DNA of 59,632 nt, filler included, from 8 parts of 8 records of this genome joined end to end with filler, not necessarily neighbours in it, one strand, 5' to 3'; counted from the first letter of the whole stretch, positions 47,425-58,214 are shown. Notes: generated from the letters alone by a model not told the origin. Numbers and translations are program-made.

Positions 47425-50319
47425 TTATTTTAGTTGGTTAAGGTATTCGCTTGGGGTAATACCAAGTTCTTTTTTAAAACTTCGGTAAAATGATGATTTT
47501 GATTTAAAACCGCATTGTTCAGCAATGGCCATAATGGTGTATACACTCATATCAGCCTTGTTAATACGCATTTTAAATTCTTCTACTCTGTAGTGGTTTA
47601 TAAAGTCCCTAAAATTTGTGTGAAGTTCCTGATTAATAACCTGAGATAATTCGTGTAGTGGCACATCAAGATAGGTGGCCACTTCAGTTTGCTTGAGGTC
47701 ATCGCGCAGAAATGGTTGCTGCTTAAGCATATGTTCTTCTAATCTGGTTTTAATATCTGCTATCATCGTTTCATTCAGTTTCGATGTAGAGTACTTTTCC
47801 CTATCGGATTCTACTTGTTCAGGAATCACTTCTGCACTGTTTTGCTTTTTACGAATAATAAAAATGCCAGCGGCAAGTATTAAAACAATAAAAATTAGCA
47901 GGTAATATGGATTAAAAAGAGAGGGTTTAATATGAATTTTTAAAGATGCATCTACTTCATCTTCTCCGGAAGCATTTTTTAATTTAAAAATGTAGTTTCC
48001 GTGTTTTAGGTTTTGAAATGTTACTGCATTGGCATCTTCAAGTTCTTTCCATTCCTTGTTATAACCTTCCAGTTTATATAAATACTTGTTTTGAGGATTA
48101 ACAAAGTTTATGGTATGAAAGCTGAATGTAAACGTGTTTTCGTTTGATTTTAGAAGAATTGATTCTGTTTCGAAAAGAGGGTTTTCTAAAAGAATACGTC
48201 CGTTAAACTCCTGGCCAGATAACACCGGTTTGTTATCGATATATAAACCATCCAAAATGACTTTTTTATAATGTGACTGAGATGTTTCGGGAATCAGATC
48301 CGGGTTAAAAGTCAGAATTCCGTTTAGGGTTCCATAACAGAAGTATCCATTTTGTAAGGCGCATACCGAACCTCTTTTGAATTCGTCATCCAATATGCCA
48401 TTTCCTTTACCAAAAGTCCTGATCTGACCCTCTGGTGAAATTCGGGCAATATTCTTCTGGGTAGCTACCCAAATATTACCTCTGCTATCCTCTTCTGCTG
48501 CCATCACCACATTATCCGGAAGTCCTTCTGATTGCGCATATGTTTTTATGGAATCTAAATTAGCGTTAAGTACGGATATGCCTTTACCTTCTGTACTCAC
48601 CCAAATCTGTCCTTTAGAATCTTCCATAATATGGTTAATTCGGCATTCATTAATGACTGAATAATCAGAAAAGTGCTCGAAGAAAGGAACTTTGGTGGAT
48701 TTATACTTTTGCAGGTCAAACATATCCAGTCCTAAATAGGTACCTGCAAAAAGTCTGTTGTGGCTATCTATTAACAAAGAAATAACCATATTACCTTTTA
48801 TACTTGTGCTATCATTGGGATCGTGGTGATACTTAATAATTGTATGATCATCTCGATTGAAATTAACAACACCAATCTCCTGAGTTGATAACCACAAATT
48901 TTGATCATTATCTTCTTTAATTCTCCAAAAGCAATCTAGGCCATATTGATCGGAAGAGTTAATGACTACTTTTTCTTTGCTATATCCATTGCGGTTTTTA
49001 GTAAGTTTTAAAAGCCCGCCTGTCCATGTTCCTGCCCATATGGTATTGTTTTTATCCTGATAAACATCCAGAACTTTTTCAGCTACTTCAATAGTACTGT
49101 TTTCAGGAGAATGCATAAACTCACCTTTGGAGTTTATGGTTTGACTTTGGATTCCACCATAATAGGTTGCGTATAAAAGTTTGTCTTCATCTAATTCCAG
49201 AATGGAGGTAACCATTTTGCCGGATTTACTATTAGCTTCAGTATAGTCGTAATTAAAAATACTTTTTTGTAATGAGGTTTTGATAACACCATCATCACGA
49301 GTACCAATCCAAACCTGATGTTTCTTATCAATATAAACGGTTGTTTGCTCTTTAGGAGATATTGAAGATAAATTGAGCTTGGTAACTAAACTATGATTTG
49401 TGGGATTGAATATGTAAGTCTGATCTCCAATCACCCATAAGTTGCCATATTCGTCCTGCGCTTGTTTTAAAGCATATGATGTATTAAAGGTTTTAAGCAG
49501 GGAAAGCTTTACTTCATTCTCTTGAGAATGATCTCCAAACAGATAAAGTTTATCATCGCAATTTACCCAGTAATCGCCATTGGCAGTAATGATTGCCTTT
49601 TTACTTTTTCGATCAAAACCAGAAACTTCCGGATATGAGAAGTGTGTAAAAGAATCATTTTTTGCATTGTAAAGCTTGATGGAATCACTTCTGGAAAAGA
49701 GAATTAATCGCGACTGCTTATCTAAACCAAAGTCTGTAATGCCTTCTTTAACCAGGAAAGGGTATCGGGTAAATTCAACCTGTTTTGTACCTTGAGTAAT
49801 ATCAAAGGAACTTAAATCCAATCGACTTAAGCCATTTTCATCTGATGAAATCCAAAGAAAGTTATGGATACTATCGTAATATAAATATGAAATGGTATTG
49901 TGGATTAGACTATTGTCATTTTCTTTATCCGAAACGAATTGATGAAAACGGTTTGTTTTATAATCATATAAATTTAATCCGGCCGTGGTTCCAACCCAGA
50001 CTCTGTTGTCACCATCAATTTCTAAAGCATGTACCCGGTTACTGCATAAACTGGTAGAATCATTTTCATTATGAAGATAGGTGGTAAAATGGGAGCCATC
50101 GTATCTGGCCAAACCATCATAGGTAGCCATCCAAATATATCCCAGGTGATCTTCTACAAAATCAACAACTGTATTGTTGCATAAACCATCTTTGCTGCTT
50201 AGTTTCTGAAGACTAAGTTTATTGTAGTCGATTGATTGTGCATGAATAGATTGAACAATAGCAAGGAAACAGAAAAATGTAATTAATATTTTCAACTGTA
50301 TGTGAGTAAATCTTGCCAT
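47425..50319 (-). CDS. Membrane-spanning one-component regulator: Reg_prop beta-propellers + Y_Y_Y + TM + AraC HTH
   Basis: EDHLGYIWMATYDGL-type propeller repeats, YLYKLEGY...GNYIFK, TM, NFRDFINHYRVEE and CGFKSKSSFYRSFKKELGITPSEY. Confidence 0.88.
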   Translation of the reverse strand: MARFTHIQLKILITFFCFLAIVQSIHAQSIDYNKLSLQKLSSKDGLCNNTVVDFVEDHLGYIWMATYDGLARYDGSHFTTYLHNENDSTSLCSNRVHALEIDGDNRVWVGTTAGLNLYDYKTNRFHQFVSDKENDNSLIHNTISYLYYDSIHNFLWISSDENGLSRLDLSSFDITQGTKQVEFTRYPFLVKEGITDFGLDKQSRLILFSRSDSIKLYNAKNDSFTHFSYPEVSGFDRKSKKAIITANGDYWVNCDDKLYLFGDHSQENEVKLSLLKTFNTSYALKQAQDEYGNLWVIGDQTYIFNPTNHSLVTKLNLSSISPKEQTTVYIDKKHQVWIGTRDDGVIKTSLQKSIFNYDYTEANSKSGKMVTSILELDEDKLLYATYYGGIQSQTINSKGEFMHSPENSTIEVAEKVLDVYQDKNNTIWAGTWTGGLLKLTKNRNGYSKEKVVINSSDQYGLDCFWRIKEDNDQNLWLSTQEIGVVNFNRDDHTIIKYHHDPNDSTSIKGNMVISLLIDSHNRLFAGTYLGLDMFDLQKYKSTKVPFFEHFSDYSVINECRINHIMEDSKGQIWVSTEGKGISVLNANLDSIKTYAQSEGLPDNVVMAAEEDSRGNIWVATQKNIARISPEGQIRTFGKGNGILDDEFKRGSVCALQNGYFCYGTLNGILTFNPDLIPETSQSHYKKVILDGLYIDNKPVLSGQEFNGRILLENPLFETESILLKSNENTFTFSFHTINFVNPQNKYLYKLEGYNKEWKELEDANAVTFQNLKHGNYIFKLKNASGEDEVDASLKIHIKPSLFNPYYLLIFIVLILAAGIFIIRKKQNSAEVIPEQVESDREKYSTSKLNETMIADIKTRLEEHMLKQQPFLRDDLKQTEVATYLDVPLHELSQVINQELHTNFRDFINHYRVEEFKMRINKADMSVYTIMAIAEQCGFKSKSSFYRSFKKELGITPSEYLNQLK

Positions 50320-50370
50320 TAGTTTTTCTTAATGCTCATTGTTAAAAGTTGGTTAGAAAACCAGGTGATA

Positions 50371-50922
50371 TTATTTAACTTTGTTTGGATTGTTGGTAAT
50401 AAATTCTTTCCAACTTTTTACGGTTTTACCTTTCTGAATGTTTTTGTTCTGAAAAAAGTGACATAAAGCTGCGGCAACACCATCTGTTGCATCCAGGTAT
50501 TTCGGCTCGGCTTCTATTTTTAAATATTGCGATAAAAAATGAGCCACTTGTTCTTTACTTGCCCCACCGTTTCCGGTTATAGCTTGTTTAATCTTTAAGG
50601 GTGCATACTCAAAAACTGGCAGATCTCTGGAAAGCGCAGCAGCCATAGCTACACCCTGAGCTCTTCCTAACTTAAGCATTGATTGTACATTTTTACCAAA
50701 GAAAGGTGCTTCAATGGCCAGCTCATCAGGTAGGTACTGATCGCACAATCGAACAACGGTATCGTATATTTTTTTTAGTTTGATGTAATGATTGTCGTAT
50801 TTTTTTAGCTCCAGCACACCCATAGACATTAAAGATGGCTTATTACCTTTTATTTTAATAACGCCATACCCCATAACAGTTGTGCCGGGATCAATACCTA
50901 AAATAATTTTTTCTTTAATCAC
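50371..50922 (-). CDS. ruvC: Holliday junction resolvase RuvC
   Basis: [36 protein letters not shown]. Confidence 0.95.
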   Translation of the reverse strand: MIKEKIILGIDPGTTVMGYGVIKIKGNKPSLMSMGVLELKKYDNHYIKLKKIYDTVVRLCDQYLPDELAIEAPFFGKNVQSMLKLGRAQGVAMAAALSRDLPVFEYAPLKIKQAITGNGGASKEQVAHFLSQYLKIEAEPKYLDATDGVAAALCHFFQNKNIQKGKTVKSWKEFITNNPNKVK

Positions 50923-50928
50923 GCAATT

Positions 50929-51228
50929 TTAAATTGACTTTAAAATAGTACTAAAGTAAACGGCTTCCTGACCAAACTCTGTGGCCATCTGACCTAAAAC
51001 AGTTGGTGATTGCTTATTAATAGTCTCCAGCTCACTGGGTGTACTCACTTTCCATTGTACTGAAATGGTTTTGTGATCACCTTTATCATTTGATAATACC
51101 TCAAAGGCATTTACTTCGCAAGCAGGAAGTAGTGTTTTAAATAATGGTTTATACGTATTGTTCAGCCAGTTTTGCCAATCGCTAAATTTGTTGTGACTAA
51201 CTACAAATGTGGTATTAAATATAAACAT
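50929..51228 (-). CDS. DUF4286-like protein
   Basis: MFIFNTTF N-terminus, FG...YFSTIL C-terminus; typical of Bacteroidota upstream of ruvC. Confidence 0.7.
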   Translation of the reverse strand: MFIFNTTFVVSHNKFSDWQNWLNNTYKPLFKTLLPACEVNAFEVLSNDKGDHKTISVQWKVSTPSELETINKQSPTVLGQMATEFGQEAVYFSTILKSI

Positions 51229-51264
51229 AACGTCCTTTGTTTTTCTTCCCCTCTATAATAAATG

Positions 51265-51300
51265 AAAAGGGTAATGCTTAAAAAAGAATTACCCTTTTTT
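51265..51300. terminator. Hairpin after serS
   Basis: AAAAGGGTAAT...ATTACCCTTTT. Confidence 0.65.
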
Positions 51301-51304
51301 ATGT

Positions 51305-52582
51305 CTATTTTATCATGTCAAATCCACAGTATGGAACCAATACCTCAGGTATCTTAATTCCATCAGGAGTTTGATTATTCTCTAATATGGCAGCAACAAT
51401 TCTTGGTAAAGCCAATGCACTTCCGTTTAAAGTATGTGCTAATTCCGCTTTTTTCATATCCTTACCTTTGTAACGACATTTTAGTCTGTTAGCCTGATAG
51501 TTTTCAAAGTTAGAAACTGAGCTTACTTCTAACCAACGTTGCTGTCCAGCAGAGTACACCTCAAAATCATAAGTTAAAGCAGAGGTGAAGCTAATATCAG
51601 CACCACAGAGAGTAAGTATACGGTAAGGTAGACCTAATTTCTTAATTAAACTTTCAACATGAGCCACCATACCATCTAGAGCTTCGTATGATTTTTCAGG
51701 ATGCGAAATCTGAACAATCTCTACTTTGTCAAACTGGTGTAAACGGTTTAAACCACGTACATGTGCTCCCCATGAACCTGCCTCTCGACGAAAGCAAGGT
51801 GTGTAAGCCATATTTTTTAACGGTAGATCTTCTTCATTAATGATAACATCTCTATATATATTGGTTACAGGAACTTCAGCTGTTGGAATTAGATATAAAT
51901 TATCGGCAGTTGCATGGTACATCATACCTTCTTTATCCGGTAACTGTCCTGTACCAAAACCAGAATCTTCATTTACAACAATCGGGGGAAGTACTTCGTT
52001 GTATCCGGCTTTTTCACCTTCATCTAAAAAGAAATTGATTAAAGCACGTTGTAAACGAGCCCCTTTCCCTTTGTATACAGGAAATCCGGCACCGGTTATC
52101 TTTGTACCTAATTCAAAATCAATGATATCATATTTTTTAATCAGCTCCCAATGAGGAAAGAACTCAGCCTCAAATACTGGAATATTATCGTCACAAATCT
52201 TCTTTACAAAATTATCATTTTCATTATCACCCTCAGGCACTTCTTTATTTGGCAAATTTGGTAGCTTTACCACTTCACTATCTAACTCCGTATTAATTTC
52301 AGTTAACTGCGTATTCAGTTCTTTGATAATTTCTTTGAGTTCCGAGGTTTTGGATTTAGCCTCGTTAGCTTCTTGTGCTTTACCTTGTTTAAAAAGCATT
52401 CCAATTTCTTTGGAAAGAGCATTCATTTCTGATTGCTTCTGATCAACGGTGCTTTGCGTTGATTTTCTTTTGTTATCAAGGTTAATGATATTTTCAACCG
52501 TTTCTGCAGCATCAAAACGCTTTACTTTAAGGCGTTTAATTACTTCGTCTTTATTTTCTTGAATAAATTTTAGCGTAAGCAT
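51305..52582 (-). CDS. serS: Serine--tRNA ligase
   Basis: LIPTAEVP, FRREAGS, RLHQFDKVE, HTLNGSALALPR. Confidence 0.97.
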   Translation of the reverse strand: MLTLKFIQENKDEVIKRLKVKRFDAAETVENIINLDNKRKSTQSTVDQKQSEMNALSKEIGMLFKQGKAQEANEAKSKTSELKEIIKELNTQLTEINTELDSEVVKLPNLPNKEVPEGDNENDNFVKKICDDNIPVFEAEFFPHWELIKKYDIIDFELGTKITGAGFPVYKGKGARLQRALINFFLDEGEKAGYNEVLPPIVVNEDSGFGTGQLPDKEGMMYHATADNLYLIPTAEVPVTNIYRDVIINEEDLPLKNMAYTPCFRREAGSWGAHVRGLNRLHQFDKVEIVQISHPEKSYEALDGMVAHVESLIKKLGLPYRILTLCGADISFTSALTYDFEVYSAGQQRWLEVSSVSNFENYQANRLKCRYKGKDMKKAELAHTLNGSALALPRIVAAILENNQTPDGIKIPEVLVPYCGFDMIK

Positions 52583-52686
52583 TATTAGGCGTTATTGTAT
52601 TGTTGATATAAGGATAAAAAAAATCTCCTGAATTCGTTACGAAAGTAACAAAAACAGGAGACTCATAAAATCTTTCGAAATCTTTT

Positions 52687-52948
52687 TTATTCAGCAGCAA
52701 AAGGTTCTACTGATACATAAGATTTGTCGTTTCTTTTCTTACGGAATGTAACTGTTCCATCAACAAGTGCAAATAAAGTGTGGTCTTTACCCATACCCAC
52801 GTTGTCACCTGCGAAATGCTGAGTCCCTCTTTGACGAACGATGATGTTTCCAGCTTTAGCAGCTTGACCACCAAAGATTTTAACACCTAAACGTTTACTT
52901 TCGGACTCTCTACCGTTTTTCGAACTACCGACTCCTTTTTTATGTGCC
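52687..52948 (-). CDS. rpmA: 50S ribosomal protein L27 (start codon cut by contig edge; missing from the ORF track)
   Basis: [28 protein letters not shown]...[10 protein letters not shown]...[12 protein letters not shown]. Confidence 0.97.
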
Positions 52949-53048
52949 NNNNNNNNNNNNNNNNNNNNNNNNNNNNNNNNNNNNNNNNNNNNTTAATTAA
53001 TTAANNNNNNNNNNNNNNNNNNNNNNNNNNNNNNNNNNNNNNNNNNNN
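52949..53048. other. Artificial contig spacer
   Basis: N-run with TTAATTAATTAA. Confidence 0.98.
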
Positions 53049-53189
53049 ATAGTCAAACTCTCTGATCTTCTCTACTGCATCTTTCATATCCAGTAGGAGC
53101 ATTTCTTCAAAGTTAACTTTATTATACTCTTTGACAAAAGAGCAGAAAAGCATTTTCTCCTTTACAAACCTGCACGATGCGAATCTCAT
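53049..53189 (-). CDS. 5' end of the next T2SS gene, possibly GspL
   Basis: GAGGTG RBS right after gspK; identity inferred from position only. Confidence 0.4.
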
Positions 53190-53198
53190 GCTTTCACC

Positions 53199-54407
53199 TC
53201 AGCCTTCTCTGTAATAATATATATTTCCTTCTTTATCTACTACCATTTCAACCCAGCTTTCTACACCCTCTTTAATACCTGTAGCTTTTATACGATATAC
53301 ACTACCTGCCACATCAAGCACCTTGCTGATATCTTTGCTGAGCTCAACACCTTCAGTCTGACAGGCAGAGACAAAATCAGTAACCTTGGAAAACCCGTCC
53401 TTTGCTTTTTTGGCAAGGATCTTTCCAAGGAACTCTCTCATGCTGTCTTCATTATAAAAAACCGTTGATGCCTTATCCACCGCGTATGCTCTGATCAATG
53501 CTTCAAGCATAAATGGTGTTGCCTTATTAATATTTATCTTTCCAGTTGAATAGATCGTTGTATGCGGATCGAGGATTCTATAAATAACCGGTGTTACACC
53601 ATAAACCATCAAGAGTTCCTGCTTTGTATCAAAACGGGAGTTCTTGACCTTATACTCCGGAAGAAAATCATCGTAATCAGACTGTTCATCACCACCTGAA
53701 ATATACTTTTCACCATCAGTGAACTTATCATCCCCAACATCCACCCAATCGACTATATTCTGAATCAATTCAGTGCGTTCCACATATTCTGGTCTCGAAG
53801 TGTTCTCTAGAAAGATGAAGTCATAGAATTCCGGTTCAATTATACCTTCAAGCATCTTAATAACTGCGGCTTTACTGCCATATGCAAGATGATTAAGGTT
53901 GATCTTTGTATCCTCACTTTCAAAGTCTATTCTAAAATCTCCAGGAAATTTAAAAATTGGATCTCCAGTTTCAGTGAAAGTTTCATCAAGCTCTGCATTT
54001 TGAATTGATCCAGCCGTTTTCTCATTTTCCTGAGAATCACTTCCTGCCATCACATCTTCAACGTCAACAAATGGGCCTGCAGTTGTGAAACCTCTAAGTA
54101 GCTGAGTATCAAAAGGCACAATATCCCATATCTCGATCGACTGTCCCATGTTAAATTTTTTAAGCATTGATTCGACCTGCTTTTGAAGATCAAAAACAAC
54201 AACAGCAAAATTAACCGCACTGGATGCCAATGCCTGAGCTTCAGCCTTTCTTTTGTAATTCATGGCAAGATCAAACTCTGTCTTTGCCTCATAGTTCATA
54301 TCGGTAACAATAGGCAGCATGATAGCGATCATAACAACGATTATTACAAGGGCAACACCCTTTTCTTTGCTTTTGATCCTAATTAACTGTTGTAAAAACT
54401 TCTTCAT
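53199..54407 (-). CDS. gspK: T2SS minor pseudopilin GspK
   Basis: KG|VALVI cleavage site, ESEDTKINLN, IVDWVD, ELLMVYGV, KININKA. Confidence 0.88.
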   Translation of the reverse strand: MKKFLQQLIRIKSKEKGVALVIIVVMIAIMLPIVTDMNYEAKTEFDLAMNYKRKAEAQALASSAVNFAVVVFDLQKQVESMLKKFNMGQSIEIWDIVPFDTQLLRGFTTAGPFVDVEDVMAGSDSQENEKTAGSIQNAELDETFTETGDPIFKFPGDFRIDFESEDTKINLNHLAYGSKAAVIKMLEGIIEPEFYDFIFLENTSRPEYVERTELIQNIVDWVDVGDDKFTDGEKYISGGDEQSDYDDFLPEYKVKNSRFDTKQELLMVYGVTPVIYRILDPHTTIYSTGKININKATPFMLEALIRAYAVDKASTVFYNEDSMREFLGKILAKKAKDGFSKVTDFVSACQTEGVELSKDISKVLDVAGSVYRIKATGIKEGVESWVEMVVDKEGNIYYYREG

Positions 54408-54414
54408 TTTCTGC

Positions 54415-55080
54415 CTAAAAACTAATTGGTCTTGTCATTTTGAGCTTTATCACTGTTTCGATCTGCTTATCAGTATCGCCAAGCTCTCCTTCTTCAATAA
54501 TGATGGTCACCTTTACCTTCGTGGGAAGCGAATTAATATTACTTGAGCTTTCTGAATTCCACTCTTCGCTCCACTCTTTGCTCATAGGTTTCCAGTATTC
54601 AAATTTAATTTCCTTAAAACCTTTAAAAACAGGAAAGACATTTCCTCCTCTTTCCGGAAAATCATCCACCCACGGACTTTCTCTTCTAAAAAGAACGTTT
54701 TCGTCTCCAACTCTATCTCCATAGTATTCGATCTCAGTCTGGTCACACTGCTTTACATCAGCCTGCATCCGAACATGGTTGAGAGTTGTCATTGTAAGGT
54801 GAGATACAGGACTGTCAGGCTCGCTCTTAAAAATCGTCTTATGTGTTTCTTCGGGAACGCCCTTATTCATTGAAAGGTAGGAATTCTTTATATCGTTCCT
54901 GATCATATCAAGAGTGTAATAGATCTGTCTTTCCCTGTTCATGATCTGACGAAGCCTTGATCTGCCGATAAGAATGTTGGAAAAGGAAAAATACACAGAA
55001 ACAACAAGAATTGCTGTAATGCTCATTGCAACGAGCACTTCTATGAGTGTAAATCCTTTAGCTTTCATATCATTTCCCAA
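54415..55080 (-). CDS. gspJ: T2SS minor pseudopilin GspJ
   Basis: KG|FTLIEVL; W.EEW.S...LP.KVKV C-terminus; gene order. Confidence 0.8.
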   Translation of the reverse strand: MGNDMKAKGFTLIEVLVAMSITAILVVSVYFSFSNILIGRSRLRQIMNRERQIYYTLDMIRNDIKNSYLSMNKGVPEETHKTIFKSEPDSPVSHLTMTTLNHVRMQADVKQCDQTEIEYYGDRVGDENVLFRRESPWVDDFPERGGNVFPVFKGFKEIKFEYWKPMSKEWSEEWNSESSSNINSLPTKVKVTIIIEEGELGDTDKQIETVIKLKMTRPISF

Positions 55081-55702
55081 ATTTCATTCTGTTTTTCTGC
55101 ATGGGAGGATTGGATAGATTCTTATTTACAGGTGAATTAAAAAGTTTTCCTCTGTTTGGAGTATTTCCAGTTTTTTGACCCGGGGCTCGTCCTTTGTACT
55201 GCTGAAACTGCTTAACAGTTCCAGTTGTTGTAAGAAACATTGTGAACTCAACTTTCTCAGATTCTTTCACTCCTTTTCCCCAGGTGACAATTACTGTAAG
55301 TTTTCTTATTCTTTCCTTAAAAAAGTCCTCAATATTACCTTTTGCAAGCGACAGCATCGAAGCTGCTTCCTCCTGTCTTCCTTCAGTACCGTCATTGGAC
55401 CCTGTAAAGTCAGGAAGTGGAATAAAAACTCTTTTTATTGAGTATTTCCATTTAAATCCTTCATAAGCTTCATCATCAAAATCACCCTCTTCTTCAAACT
55501 CCATCTCAGGAAGTCCGTCTTCTTCTATTTTAAGCTCAATATCGTGAAGTTTAAGTCTTGCAAGCTCAGTTCCCAGATAGATATTGTCGATCTTTGAAGC
55601 ATAAAGATAGCTAGCAGAGATTATCCTTGTAACAGCAAAAAGCACTCCTGCCAAAATAGTTGTTGCAGCAAGAACTTCTATGAGAGAAAAGCCTTTTCTC
55701 AT
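55070..55702 (-). CDS. gspI: T2SS minor pseudopilin GspI
   Basis: KG|FSLIEVL; IRKLTVIVTW; gene order. Confidence 0.75.
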   Translation of the reverse strand: MRKGFSLIEVLAATTILAGVLFAVTRIISASYLYASKIDNIYLGTELARLKLHDIELKIEEDGLPEMEFEEEGDFDDEAYEGFKWKYSIKRVFIPLPDFTGSNDGTEGRQEEAASMLSLAKGNIEDFFKERIRKLTVIVTWGKGVKESEKVEFTMFLTTTGTVKQFQQYKGRAPGQKTGNTPNRGKLFNSPVNKNLSNPPMQKNRMKFGK

Positions 55703-56526
55703 GACTTTCCCTCCGCATCCTGATCTTCAAATAGATCGGTAAAATCCTCCAGTTCCTCTTCAAATCCTCCGGGCTTTATCTTTATGTTCATAAACATGTC
55801 AGAAGTAATATAGGCAAAACTGTCAAGATCACCATCCTTTTCCTCTCCAAGTGAAAGATAAAAAGGTTCAATACGACCTTCAGGAAAGATGTAGATATAA
55901 ACATTCTTATCCTTTTCCTTATCTTTTTCAGACTCAGCTTCAAGAGTTATCGGTGTAACGACTTCAGGAGTGTGGTACGCATAAAAAGCTGTGATCAATA
56001 TGCTCTTATCAAATTTCTTTTTATCAGATTCTGTTTCAAAGGCAGGTTTAAGAACTTCTTTTATAGATCTTCTGTCAGGAATAAAGTTCTCGTAATTATA
56101 AAAGTCGTCATCAAGCTCATCTTCGCCGCCCATAAGCTTTGCCTTCTGAAACATATTATCAGCTCCCAGAGCCATTCCCATGTTCTCAAAAGGGTCAGAA
56201 TTATTCTGATCTTCCATTTTCTCGATCAACTCATCGGTTATTCTTTTCTTTTCAAGTGTCTTTTCTCCTGAAGAGAGAAAGAAAGGAGTTTCGCTGCTTT
56301 CAGCCCAGAAAGCATTTTCGTCCATATTTACAGCAATCCGTATGTACTTTCTGTCTCTAACAGCTTTCATAAAGTTAGATCTTAAAAATGAATTGAATTT
56401 CCCAAGATCTGAAGATGCACGAAATCGTCCAAAACTTCCAACGCCGACAACGATCGAACCTGCAACCATAACTATGACTGCAGCAACGACCAGCATCTCT
56501 ATCATTGAAAACCCGGACTTTTTCAT
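55699..56526 (-). CDS. T2SS minor pseudopilin GspH-like
   Basis: SG|FSMIEML; IYIFPEG motif; follows gspG. Confidence 0.7.
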   Translation of the reverse strand: MKKSGFSMIEMLVVAAVIVMVAGSIVVGVGSFGRFRASSDLGKFNSFLRSNFMKAVRDRKYIRIAVNMDENAFWAESSETPFFLSSGEKTLEKKRITDELIEKMEDQNNSDPFENMGMALGADNMFQKAKLMGGEDELDDDFYNYENFIPDRRSIKEVLKPAFETESDKKKFDKSILITAFYAYHTPEVVTPITLEAESEKDKEKDKNVYIYIFPEGRIEPFYLSLGEEKDGDLDSFAYITSDMFMNIKIKPGGFEEELEDFTDLFEDQDAEGKS

Positions 56527-56528
56527 AA

Positions 56529-56963
56529 TTACTCGTCGTCTCCTTCCCAGTTAGTTATGTCATCTTCGCCACCTTCTCTTCCATCTTTTCCAAAAGAGTA
56601 GAGGTCAAATCCGTCATCATTGTTAGATCCAGGGTAAATATAGATATATTCATTTCCCCAAGGATCCTTCGGTACTTTCTTTTCTTTAAGGATCTTTTCC
56701 TCAACTAGTCTGCCAAGGCCGTCATCACTTTCAGGATATCTTCCAAACTCTGTTTTATAAAGGTCAAGCGCATTGGCAATAGTCTGAATATCCATCTTTG
56801 CCTGTTTAACTTTAGACTTATCCAAATACCCCATAACTCCAAGACTGACAGCGCCCATAATGGTTGCCATGATGGTCAAAACAACCATGATCTCAAGAAG
56901 TGAAAATCCTTTAGATGTACCTTTTGCACTCTCTTTGAGTAAAGCTCTGATAAAACTTCTCAT
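56529..56963 (-). CDS. gspG: T2SS major pseudopilin GspG
   Basis: KG|FSLLEIMVV, ALDLYK...GRYP, PKDPWGNEY, DLYSFGKDG..GG.DDI.NW. Confidence 0.93.
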   Translation of the reverse strand: MRSFIRALLKESAKGTSKGFSLLEIMVVLTIMATIMGAVSLGVMGYLDKSKVKQAKMDIQTIANALDLYKTEFGRYPESDDGLGRLVEEKILKEKKVPKDPWGNEYIYIYPGSNNDDGFDLYSFGKDGREGGEDDITNWEGDDE

Positions 56964-56984
56964 AACTGAACCTCCAATAATTAT

Positions 56985-58214
56985 TTATCCAACTGCATCA
57001 TTTATCTTAAGTATCGGCATTACAACAGCAAAAACGATAAAACCGATACCAACAGCCATTCCAACGATCATGATAGGTTCCAGCATTGCTGTAAGTCTAT
57101 CAAGCGTGTAGCGGACTTCCTTTTCGTAACTTTCTGAAAGTGTTTCCAGCATCTCCTCAAGTTCTCCACTCTGCTCACCGATCGATATCATCTGGATAAC
57201 AATTGGTGGAAATTCGCCACTTCTTTTAAGTGGAACTGCGATCGATTCACCTTCTTTAATGTTCTCTCTGGCGCTTGCTACAGCCATTTCAAGAACTTTA
57301 TTATCAATAACCAGCTTAACAATATCCAGTGCTTTTAGAATTGGCACACCTGATTCAAGAAGTGTAGAAAGCGTTTTTGAAAAACGACTGATTGCGACCA
57401 TTCTGTTTATACGCCCGAAAATCGGCATTTTAATAAGAAAGCCATTCCACTTTACCTTTCCGGTCTCTGTCGAAATATACTTTTTGAAAACTATGATCGC
57501 CACAACATTGACAATAGCTATAAGCCACCACCAGTTACCTATAAATCCGGAAAGCCAGATTAAGACCTGAGTCTGAAACGGCAGAGCCATTTCTACAGAT
57601 TCGAACATTTTTGAAAGTTTTGGAATAACAGTTGTAAAAATTACAGCTACAACAATTATCGCAACGAACATAAGAATAATGGGATATGTCATCGCGCCTT
57701 TAACTTTATTTCTTAGATCGACCTGAGATTCCATAAAACCGGCAAGTCTCATAAGAACCTTATCCGTTGCACCACTTTCTTCACCAGCAGCTATCATATT
57801 ACAGAAAAGATCGTCAAAAATGTCAGGAAAATCTCTTGCACTTCTACTAAAACTGTAACCCTCGTTCATCTTTCCTTTGATAATGATGAGAGTTTCTTTT
57901 AATGTTTCATTTTCCTGCTGCTGAGCAACTGCATCAATTGATTCAACAAGTGGGATCTTTGCCTTTTGAAGTGTTGCAAGCAGTCTTGTCATTGATGAAA
58001 CTTCATCAAGAGATACCTTACTTCTACCCAAAGATAAAAGACCTTTGAGATTCCCGAGGCTGAAACCTTCACGGCTACTCTTTTCCCTAATCTCAGTAAT
58101 GTAATAACCTTCAGAAAGGAACTTACTTTTTACTGCTGACTTGTTAGCACATTCAATATTCCCTCGGATCTCCTTTCCATTGGAATCTATTATCTTATAT
58201 GCGTATAGGGGCAT
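56985..58214 (-). CDS. gspF: T2SS inner-membrane platform protein GspF
   Basis: AAGEESG, AMTYP, LLESGVPILKAL, IGEQSGELE, MLEP. Confidence 0.92.
   Translation of the reverse strand: MPLYAYKIIDSNGKEIRGNIECANKSAVKSKFLSEGYYITEIREKSSREGFSLGNLKGLLSLGRSKVSLDEVSSMTRLLATLQKAKIPLVESIDAVAQQQENETLKETLIIIKGKMNEGYSFSRSARDFPDIFDDLFCNMIAAGEESGATDKVLMRLAGFMESQVDLRNKVKGAMTYPIILMFVAIIVVAVIFTTVIPKLSKMFESVEMALPFQTQVLIWLSGFIGNWWWLIAIVNVVAIIVFKKYISTETGKVKWNGFLIKMPIFGRINRMVAISRFSKTLSTLLESGVPILKALDIVKLVIDNKVLEMAVASARENIKEGESIAVPLKRSGEFPPIVIQMISIGEQSGELEEMLETLSESYEKEVRYTLDRLTAMLEPIMIVGMAVGIGFIVFAVVMPILKINDAVG

Noticed and set aside
6223-53048. Recurring TTAATTAATTAA within N-runs as a biological repeat; ORFs running into it (17300-17482, 31418 end, 53001 end)
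   Set aside because: Identical 100-nt padding with stops in all frames is a concatenation linker. Adjacency across spacers carries no biological meaning.
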